Assembly: GCA_009693005.1 (NCBI GenBank)
Contig: SHYC01000001.1
Span: 3,580-67,579, forward strand
Length of the DNA stretch: 64,000 nucleotides
Reading direction: 5' to 3'
DNA from: Dehalococcoidia bacterium
GTDB lineage: Bacteria > Chloroflexota > Dehalococcoidia > SHYD01 > SHYC01
Shown here: one piece after another, positions 45,027 through 52,315 of the stretch
Layout: every line of letters begins with the position of its first letter
Numbering within the stretch: the first letter of the stretch is position 1
Made by a program: the position numbers and the translations under genes
The notes under the pieces: model-generated
The model's input: only the letters and a program-made list of their open reading frames with translations
Told to the model about the DNA's origin: nothing
Database searches by the model: none

Positions 45027-46262
45027 ATGAGGATCGCAGTAATAAGCGTTCACGGGTGTCCCCTCCTGCAGCCCGGCACCAGGGAAAGCGGAGGGATGAA
45101 TGTTTACGTTAAAGAGCTGTCACGTCATCTTGGCCGTAAGAACCTGCAGATAGATATTTACACCCGGTGGCATGACCCTGACGAATCCCAAGTTGTGCTA
45201 TTGTCCAAGAACGTCAGGGTGATACATATCGAAGCAGGCGGATTCAACGTGCTGGCGAAAGAACGGATCTACGATCACTTAACAGAATTCTTGTACAACC
45301 TGGAGTCCTTTCGAAAGGCCCGCAGCCTCGAATACGACGTCATCCACAGCCATTACTGGCTGTCAGGATGGGCCGGTACTGTCCTGCGGCGGCGCTGGAA
45401 GGTGCCTCATATCACCATGTTCCATACTCTGGGTGAGGTCAAAAACAATTCGAGAATCGGAGAGCATGAGTCTCAAACAAGGATTAGAGTAGAGAGACTA
45501 ATAGCATCGAAGGTAGACCGAATAGTGGCGGCCAGCCCTCAGGAGAAAGACCAGATGGTGCGGCTGTACGGCTCTGCCTCGGCCAGGATGCAGATAATTC
45601 CCTGTGGCGTTGACCTAAAGGAGTTCCGCCCCAGAAGCAAGAGCGCAGCCAGGCGCAGGCTTGGACTTGCGGATAAAAAGACTCTCCTGTTTGTGGGTCG
45701 TATCGATCCAATCAAGGGCGTAGACATAATGCTTGAATCCGTGTCAAAGTTGGCTGAGAACTACGACATTCAGGCTGTCATCGTCGGCGCGGAGCCCAAT
45801 GTTACTAACGGCAAGAGCAGCGGCTATCTTGAAGGTCTTGTTCACGATATGGGAATTGCAGACAAGGTAACCCTGGCTGGGTCTGTAGACCACAAGGAAC
45901 TTCCTCACTATTACAATGCGGCGGATATTTGCGTTATCCCTTCTTACTATGAGAGCTTTGGCATGGTTGCGATAGAGGCCATGGCCAGCGGTACACCTGT
46001 GGTAGCCTCAAGGGTTGGTGGTTTGCAGAGTACAGTCAGGGACTGGGAGACCGGCTACCTAATACCCTGGCACTGCGCCGACGCTTTTGTAGAGAGGATA
46101 GAGCTTCTCTTGGGAAACGAGGCGCTGCGGTTGAACTTCAGTAAAAAGGGCCGGGCCTCAGTTGCACAGTACGAGTGGGAGAGCGTGGCGGATGAGGTTT
46201 TGAGGCTCTACTATGATGTGATACAGAGCTCAAGCCAGATAGCGTCGGCTTCCATAGGATAG
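45027..46262 (+). CDS. GT4 glycosyltransferase of the MshA/BshA type (retaining; UDP-GlcNAc-dependent)
   Basis: N-terminus RIAVISVHGCPLLQPGTRESGGMNVYV closely matches the MshA signature. C-terminal EX7E region present. Confidence 0.8.
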   Translation: MRIAVISVHGCPLLQPGTRESGGMNVYVKELSRHLGRKNLQIDIYTRWHDPDESQVVLLSKNVRVIHIEAGGFNVLAKERIYDHLTEFLYNLESFRKARSLEYDVIHSHYWLSGWAGTVLRRRWKVPHITMFHTLGEVKNNSRIGEHESQTRIRVERLIASKVDRIVAASPQEKDQMVRLYGSASARMQIIPCGVDLKEFRPRSKSAARRRLGLADKKTLLFVGRIDPIKGVDIMLESVSKLAENYDIQAVIVGAEPNVTNGKSSGYLEGLVHDMGIADKVTLAGSVDHKELPHYYNAADICVIPSYYESFGMVAIEAMASGTPVVASRVGGLQSTVRDWETGYLIPWHCADAFVERIELLLGNEALRLNFSKKGRASVAQYEWESVADEVLRLYYDVIQSSSQIASASIG

Positions 46263-46329
46263 TTATGGACCACAATTGGTCCAGCGGGTAATAACAACTT
46301 TGGGGCAGTATGGCCCAGGAGGCTGATAG

Positions 46330-47094
46330 ATGGCTGATACATCACCTAACAGGGTCATGCTGGTAATGGCGCATCCCGATGATGCCGAGTTCGGCTCTGG
46401 CGGCACCATGGCCAAATGGGCGGCTTCAGGGCAGGAGATCATCTACGTGATCATTACCAGTGGAGACAAAGGCAGCGATGACCCTGGCATGACTCCGGAA
46501 AAGCTGGTGGAGACCAGAGAAGCAGAGCAGCGCACGGCGGCGAAGGTCCTTGAAGTCAAGGATGTAATATATCTGCGCTATCCGGACGGGGGCATAGAGG
46601 ACTCCGCGGAGTTGCGAGAAAAGATAGTGCGGCTGATGCGGGTGCATCAGCCGGATACCCTGGTTACCATGGACCCGCTGCGACGGTACAACCAGCATAG
46701 AGACCATCGCATGGCGGGTACGGTTGCCTTGGACGCGGCCTTCCCCTACTCAAGAAGCCATTTGTACTATCCACACCAAATTGCAGAGGGGCTTAAGCCC
46801 TGTAAAATATACGAAGCTTACATCGCAGGGGCTGAGAACCCTAACATCGAAATAGATATATCCGAGACGTTTGACACCAAAATGAAGGCTCTCCGCTGCC
46901 ATGTTAGCCAGGTGCCAAACCTGCCGGAGGACGAGTTTAGAAACCGCATGATAGAGATGGCAAAGCGGTTCTCAGATGGAGCAGAGGACGGCCATCTAAG
47001 GGAACGGTTCAGGCGCGTAGAGTGGCGCAGCCGAGACAGGGATGATAGGAAGCCCCCGGTATTACCCGATATGCCCAAAAAGCCGGACGCTTAG
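46330..47094 (+). CDS. PIG-L/LmbE-family N-acetylglucosaminyl deacetylase (MshB/BshB-like)
   Basis: MLVMAHPDDAEFGSGGTMAKW and HRDH motifs. AGGAGG ribosome-binding site. Confidence 0.8.
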   Translation: MADTSPNRVMLVMAHPDDAEFGSGGTMAKWAASGQEIIYVIITSGDKGSDDPGMTPEKLVETREAEQRTAAKVLEVKDVIYLRYPDGGIEDSAELREKIVRLMRVHQPDTLVTMDPLRRYNQHRDHRMAGTVALDAAFPYSRSHLYYPHQIAEGLKPCKIYEAYIAGAENPNIEIDISETFDTKMKALRCHVSQVPNLPEDEFRNRMIEMAKRFSDGAEDGHLRERFRRVEWRSRDRDDRKPPVLPDMPKKPDA

Positions 47095-47894
47095 TCGGTA
47101 TGCGGGTGTTGGAACAGGTGGTCCACATCCTCGGGGAATAGTACCCTCTCGTTAAACTCTTTAAACGCGAGTCTGATATTTGGCAGGTCTACTGAGGGCA
47201 CCTTCAGGAAAGTGGGCCTGCGACCCACCTCCGCCGGAGCGTGAGCGTCCGATCCCTGGACACAGGCGTAAGGTTTTGGATAGCCGCGCATCTCGCCTGC
47301 GTTCCACAACATTTTATCTCTGGGGTCTGTTATCTCTAAGGCGCTCAGGTGGTCGCTTTCGTGGATGCGTTTCTTGACGTCTCTGCCGATAAAGCTGCTG
47401 GCGATAAAGCCTCTTGGCTCTCTATCTACATGGGCGGCTATTGCAAGACCTCCCAGGTCCTCGACCAGGCGCGAGATCTCATCCATTGGCTGTTCTGTGC
47501 TGTAATAGGCGTCTCCCCTTTTGTCCACTTGCTCAAAGCCTATCGCGTTAAGGAAGCGGTCCAGCCAGTTGAGCGGCGTGTCAGGGTCAAAGACCGCCAG
47601 CATGTGGCAGCCCTGGGCCGTTATTTCCATACCCGGAAAGATGGTAAGCTTAGTCCCCTTGGCCGCTCTCTGCGCCGAGTCGATAAACGACGAGCTGTTA
47701 TGATCGGTTATCGCGATACCGTCCAGATCCGCGTAGATGGCTGCCAGCACGATGTCATCCGCTGTGGTGTGGCGGTTTAGCTCCGGGTACATATGGTCTT
47801 CGTAACAACGCGAAATCGGGGTGTGTATGTGGAAATCTACTTTTATGAGGGTACTGCCGTCGGGTGCAACTAAGTCGTGATTATTTTGTGACAT
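47091..47894 (-). CDS. PHP-domain metal-dependent phosphoesterase
   Basis: VDFHIHTPISRCY...ITDHNS...AHVDR histidine motifs. Confidence 0.75.
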   Translation of the reverse strand: MSQNNHDLVAPDGSTLIKVDFHIHTPISRCYEDHMYPELNRHTTADDIVLAAIYADLDGIAITDHNSSSFIDSAQRAAKGTKLTIFPGMEITAQGCHMLAVFDPDTPLNWLDRFLNAIGFEQVDKRGDAYYSTEQPMDEISRLVEDLGGLAIAAHVDREPRGFIASSFIGRDVKKRIHESDHLSALEITDPRDKMLWNAGEMRGYPKPYACVQGSDAHAPAEVGRRPTFLKVPSVDLPNIRLAFKEFNERVLFPEDVDHLFQHPHTD

Positions 47895-48049
47895 ATTCTT
47901 ACCTATCTAAGTATAGAGTTGTCATGACAAAGGGGATTGTATCAGATGATAGCAGTTGGCTGCAAGAATACGTCATGAGCGTCATTCTAGCCAAAATATA
48001 AGGAGAGTCTCTGAAAAACTCTCCTTGAAAATTAAAGGCATCTCTTAGC

Positions 48050-48367
48050 TTAAACCAACACGTTTTTTAATTCTTCCTCAGTTATGACAAACATATATAC
48101 AGCCTCATTGAGATCTACAGAGTCTTCCTTTGCTTTCTCATCCAACTCTTCTAGAGTAGGGGCTGTATATAGCTTCCCCTCATAAATTCCTGCCCACTCG
48201 TGAAGGTGCTCTTTGACTAGCTCAGGAAAGATAGCATTGAGCTTCTTGAAGTCGGCCCTATAACGCTGTAGGTCCCTTGCTATATCCTCCCGGAAGGCAG
48301 GGTCGTCAACCCGTTCTATGCTTGTCCCCTTGAAACGCAATAGTTCTTTTGGCAATCCAATCCTCAC
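48050..48367 (-). CDS. Hypothetical protein
   Basis: 105 aa ORF, acidic, no recognisable motif. Confidence 0.4.
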   Translation of the reverse strand: MRIGLPKELLRFKGTSIERVDDPAFREDIARDLQRYRADFKKLNAIFPELVKEHLHEWAGIYEGKLYTAPTLEELDEKAKEDSVDLNEAVYMFVITEEELKNVLV

Positions 48368-48521
48368 ATCCTTTTGTCTTCAAATATTCTGTTATCTTCC
48401 AGAAAGGATAACACTTAAGATTATTTGTTTACATCAGTAGACCGGGTACAGGTATCAAACGCCTACCTACAGGGTCAACGCCCAGCCTTAAGCCCTCCAA
48501 TGTATAAGCTCCAAGCAAGGA

Positions 48522-48785
48522 CTAGGCCATGTTATCACCGAACACAACTATCGTTGTCACACTACGGCCGTCGATACGTACTTGGGTATGTCCTATGTCC
48601 ATCCCGACAATGCTGTCATCCGCCAGTGTAAAGGGCCACCGTTCGTCTCTATTAACTCCCATCCGCGTTAAAAGTGAAGCGGGCACAAGAGTATAAGATG
48701 CTGTTGTGTCCACCAGAGCATCTATCTCTTCGTATACGGAGCCATCGGGTGTTCCAATCTCTATGGTGTAGTGGAATGTGCCCAT
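48522..48785 (-). CDS. Retropepsin-like (clan AA) aspartic-protease-fold small protein
   Basis: 87 aa with VDTTAS (a DTGAS-like motif) and a second GMDIG motif. Confidence 0.55.
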   Translation of the reverse strand: MGTFHYTIEIGTPDGSVYEEIDALVDTTASYTLVPASLLTRMGVNRDERWPFTLADDSIVGMDIGHTQVRIDGRSVTTIVVFGDNMA

Positions 48786-48797
48786 CAGGTATCCGGC

Positions 48798-49076
48798 TTA
48801 GCCCGGAATCATGCCTTCACCCACAAATAAGTTTCGCGCTTCATCAAGACTGGTATCCGGAGGCGGCAAGATCACGTCGGACTCTACCAGTTCGTCCGAC
48901 ATCAGAGGCTTGCCGTTTGTCCTCACGTACTGAAGCATTTCTGATAAAATGCGCTGGAACTCAGCAGCATCTCCCCTGGCAGTGACCTCCACCAGCTTAT
49001 TGTCCATTTCATTCAACTCATCCAGGGCTGAGCTAGGCATCCTGTACTGTTCCTCTGTCGCAATGCGTACTATCAT
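48798..49076 (-). CDS. PspA-associated small protein (PspAA-like). Overlaps the pspA stop by 4 nt.
   Basis: 92 aa. Position and size match PspA-associated partners; the sequence assignment is tentative. Confidence 0.45.
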   Translation of the reverse strand: MIVRIATEEQYRMPSSALDELNEMDNKLVEVTARGDAAEFQRILSEMLQYVRTNGKPLMSDELVESDVILPPPDTSLDEARNLFVGEGMIPG

Positions 49077-49807
49077 GAACCGGCTCCTAATTGAGGTCGT
49101 TCTCCACCAGCCGCGAGCTGGCGCTTCATCGCCTCCAGTTCTGTATCCACATTTTGGTTGGCGGAGAGCCTTGACAGCTCACGTGCCAGGGGGTCGTTTC
49201 CTCGGGAGGAGGCATCCTCAAGTAGGCCTGTCTCAGCCAGCTCATCGATAGCCTCAGCCCTCGCCTTCATCTTTTCTGTCTTGTCTTCAATTCTCTCCAT
49301 GGCCAGGTCAACGTTCGCCATCTCCTCTGACAGGCCCGTTACCGCCTCATTGATGCGTACCGATGCCTCTGCCGCCGAGTACTGCGCTTTTACGACCTCT
49401 TTACGAGTCCGGAAGGCGGTGACCTTGGCTTGCAGACGACTCTCCGCCAAAGTCAACTTCTCCTGTTCTTTTTCCAGATCGCCGATTTGAGGGCCCAGGT
49501 CGTTCAACTGTATCATGGCCAGTTGTTTGCGCTGCAGCGCCATTTTTGCCAAGTCTTCTCTCCCCGCATTAAGGGCTTGCCGCGCCTGCTCCTCGGCCTT
49601 TGCAGCGTCAGCCTGTATCTTGTTGGCCTGAAGCTCCAGCCTGCGCCTGGAGGTCACCACCTCAACCACCCCCTGCTTTACTTTTCGCAGCATCTCCAGC
49701 TGTTTTTCGTAGGAATACTCTATGGTCTCACTGGGGTTCTCCGACTGGTCAAGGATTTTCGTGAGCTTTGCCTGTATGACCATAGACATTCTAGATAAAA
49801 GTCCCAT
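49073..49807 (-). CDS. pspA: PspA/IM30/Vipp1-family membrane-stress coiled-coil protein
   Basis: 244 aa. N-terminus MGLLSRMSMVIQAKLTKILDQSENPSETIEYSYEKQLEMLRKV, typical of PspA. Confidence 0.85.
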   Translation of the reverse strand: MGLLSRMSMVIQAKLTKILDQSENPSETIEYSYEKQLEMLRKVKQGVVEVVTSRRRLELQANKIQADAAKAEEQARQALNAGREDLAKMALQRKQLAMIQLNDLGPQIGDLEKEQEKLTLAESRLQAKVTAFRTRKEVVKAQYSAAEASVRINEAVTGLSEEMANVDLAMERIEDKTEKMKARAEAIDELAETGLLEDASSRGNDPLARELSRLSANQNVDTELEAMKRQLAAGGERPQLGAGS

Positions 49808-49846
49808 TTCATTCCCCCTAATTCGGTTATGCGCTAATATTTACTA

Positions 49847-50095
49847 TTGTACCACCAACTATCGGATAGCATGAAGATCATTAGCCGTGATAGGATGGAT
49901 AATTATGCGAAGGATGTTGTGACGGGAGCAGAAGCAGGTCTTATCAGGTCCCGGGTACTTGAGGAGATAGACCAAAGCCCCACTACCATTGAGCGAGTGA
50001 GTGTTACTGACGAAGCGAGAGCTAGAGAGATTATCCGTCAGTATGATGACAAAAACTCCTCTCTCACTGATGCTACTAATACCTATTATCTATAA
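49847..50095 (+). CDS. Hypothetical small protein upstream of the methyltransferase-helicase locus
   Basis: 82 aa ORF only. Confidence 0.3.
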   Translation: MYHQLSDSMKIISRDRMDNYAKDVVTGAEAGLIRSRVLEEIDQSPTTIERVSVTDEARAREIIRQYDDKNSSLTDATNTYYL

Positions 50096-50169
50096 ACGGG
50101 TTATATGGTAAACTCCTGATATGGCAGTAGCAACACCGATCGAGTTGACCGACAGCGAACTGAGCGCAG

Positions 50170-50823
50170 ATGGATAAGCAGGTTGTCTCCAAGCAGCGGG
50201 TTACCGATCATGGCGAGGTGTTGACCGGAAGGCGGGAGGTCAACGCCATGCTGGATTTGGTGAAGTCCGAGACCGAACGGATAGACGCGCGTTTCCTCGA
50301 ACCCGCCTGTGGGACCGGCAACTTCCTGGCCGAAATCCTCGAACGCAAGCTCCGCGTGGTCGAGACGCGCTACAGGAAGAGCCGACTTGAGTTCGAACGC
50401 TATGCCATTCTCGCCGTCTCATCCATCTACGGCATCGACAAACTCGAAGACAACGTCCAGCAGTGTCGCCAGCGGCTCTTCGGGAAATTCGATATAAGCT
50501 ACACGCGCTTGTTCAAAGGCAAGTCAAGCGACGGCTGCCGTGAATCCGTGCGCTTCATTCTTGAACGGAATATCATTCACGGCGACGCCCTTTCCCTCAC
50601 AACCGAGGGCTACAACCCGAGGCCGATTGCTTTCTCCGAATGGTCGCCGGTCAATGGCAGCATGCTGAAGCGGCGGGACTTCACCTTCCACGAGTTGCTC
50701 GAGCATGAAGCACTCAAGGAACCACGCGTTTCCGATCTCGGCAAGAAGGTTTTCATCCCGACGCCGCAGAAGGAATACCCGCCTACCCATTTCTTGAGGG
50801 TGGCAGATGTTGTCGAGCAGTAA
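50170..50823 (+). CDS. Short, degenerate N6-adenine-methyltransferase-like protein. It keeps motif X and motif I (FLEPACGTGNFL) but has NPRP in place of NPPY and no target-recognition domain. It is a paralogue of the N-terminal half of the downstream methyltransferase.
   Basis: 217 aa. Hand-aligned to the downstream gene: EVLTGRREVNAMLDLV/EVFTPPQLVNRILDLL and FLEPACGTGNFLAEIL/FLDPGCKSGVFLREIA. Its stop lies 17 nt after the ATG of the next gene. Confidence 0.6.
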   Translation: MDKQVVSKQRVTDHGEVLTGRREVNAMLDLVKSETERIDARFLEPACGTGNFLAEILERKLRVVETRYRKSRLEFERYAILAVSSIYGIDKLEDNVQQCRQRLFGKFDISYTRLFKGKSSDGCRESVRFILERNIIHGDALSLTTEGYNPRPIAFSEWSPVNGSMLKRRDFTFHELLEHEALKEPRVSDLGKKVFIPTPQKEYPPTHFLRVADVVEQ

Positions 50824-52111
50824 CTACAACCCGGACGTGCTCACCTGCATTGCCAACCTGAGCAGTGACGAAGTCTTCACGCCCCCGCAACTGGTGAACC
50901 GGATTCTAGACCTGCTGCCGGAGGACCTCTGGAGAGACAAGAAGGCCACGTTCCTCGATCCCGGCTGCAAGTCGGGCGTGTTCCTGCGCGAGATCGCCAA
51001 GCGCCTCGACAGGGGACTCGAACAGCAATTCCCCGACCGCCAGAAGCGGATGAACCACATCTTCCAGAACCAGCTCTTCGGACTCGCCATCACAGAATTG
51101 ACCGCCCTGCTTTCGCGCCGGTCCGTGTATTGCTCCAAGACGGCCAACGGTAAGTATTCCGTCTGCGAGGCGTTCGACAACCCTGAAGGTAACATCCGTT
51201 TCGGGCGCGTGGAACACGCCTGGGAGAACGGCCGTTGCCGGTACTGCGGGGCCAACGAGGAGAACTACAAGCGTGGCGGCGAACTGGAAAGCCACGCCTA
51301 CGATTTCATTCACACCGACAAGCCGGAGAGAATCTTCAACATGAAATTCGACGTTATCATCGGCAATCCGCCCTACCAGTTGAGCGATGGGGGGTTTGGG
51401 CGAAGCGCATCACCCATCTATCAGAACTTCGTTCAGCAGGCACAAAAGCTAAACCCGCGATTCCTGACCATGATCATTCCCTCGCGATGGTTCGCCGGTG
51501 GCAAGGGATTGAACGATTTTCGAGCCGAAATGCTCGGCGACGACAGAATCCGAAGGATTGTGGACTACGAAGACGCCTCCGAAGTATTTCCGGGCGTGGA
51601 TATAGCGGGGGGAATTTGCTACTTCCTTTGGGAGCGCGACTCCCGCGGTCCATGCGAAGTTACCAATGTTCACAACGAGGAGCGCGTGGTTTCGGTACGG
51701 CCTCTCAACGAGTTTCCAAGGTTGATTAGGCATAGCGAAGCAGTCCCAATCATTCGTAAGGTGTTGGCGAACAAAGAAGCCCGAATGAGCGAGCAAGTGA
51801 CAAGCAGGAAACCATTCGGTCTCGCAACAAATATCCGCCCACTGAAGTCCGGCGACATTACTCTTCGCTGGCAGAATGGAGATGGCCCTTACGAACGTAA
51901 GGACATTAAAGTTGGAGTTGAGATAATCGACCTCTGGAAAACTATTACATCCTACGTTGGCTACGACCATGCGGGAAGCCCCGGCAGCGACGGCCGCCGC
52001 CGGATATTTTCAAAGATCGACATCCTACCTCCTAAGACAATCTGCACAGAGACTTACCTTGTGGTCGGCGCATTTAAGGAGAGAGCGCAAGCCGAGAATC
52101 TGGCCCGGTAA
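50807..52111 (+). CDS. Gamma-class N6-adenine DNA methyltransferase of the Eco57I/TaqI family. Motif I LDPGCKSG and motif IV IIGNPPYQ are present. A four-cysteine insert (C-x10-C-x24-C-x2-C) sits between motifs I and IV. The gene ends at an in-frame TAA, and 67 more in-frame codons follow.
   Basis: 434 aa ORF. The start overlaps the upstream gene. The C-terminal region resembles a TaqI-like specificity domain. Confidence 0.8.
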   Translation: MLSSSNYNPDVLTCIANLSSDEVFTPPQLVNRILDLLPEDLWRDKKATFLDPGCKSGVFLREIAKRLDRGLEQQFPDRQKRMNHIFQNQLFGLAITELTALLSRRSVYCSKTANGKYSVCEAFDNPEGNIRFGRVEHAWENGRCRYCGANEENYKRGGELESHAYDFIHTDKPERIFNMKFDVIIGNPPYQLSDGGFGRSASPIYQNFVQQAQKLNPRFLTMIIPSRWFAGGKGLNDFRAEMLGDDRIRRIVDYEDASEVFPGVDIAGGICYFLWERDSRGPCEVTNVHNEERVVSVRPLNEFPRLIRHSEAVPIIRKVLANKEARMSEQVTSRKPFGLATNIRPLKSGDITLRWQNGDGPYERKDIKVGVEIIDLWKTITSYVGYDHAGSPGSDGRRRIFSKIDILPPKTICTETYLVVGAFKERAQAENLAR

Positions 52112-52315
52112 ATGAAAACGCGCTTCTTCAGATTCCTCGTTGCGCAATTCATGTATTCGCATCACATCACGAAAGATTCGTACGCGTTTGTCCCCATCAT
52201 TGACATGGGTTTTGCCTGGACAGACGAAACGCTCTACAAGCGCTACGGACTGACGAAGGACGAAATCGCCTTCATCGAGTCGAAGATCCGCCCGATGGAG
52301 GCGAAGGGTGAGTAA
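52112..52315 (+). CDS. 67-codon ORF in the same frame as, and contiguous with, the methyltransferase stop. It is probably the methyltransferase C-terminus, separated from it by a nonsense codon. Its 3' end overlaps the helicase GTG start.
   Basis: ...AENLAR-TAA-MKTRFFRFLVAQF...YGLTKDEIAFIESKIRPMEAKGE. Same frame as 50807..52111, confirmed by coordinate arithmetic. A GGAGG for the next gene lies inside it. Confidence 0.5.
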   Translation: MKTRFFRFLVAQFMYSHHITKDSYAFVPIIDMGFAWTDETLYKRYGLTKDEIAFIESKIRPMEAKGE

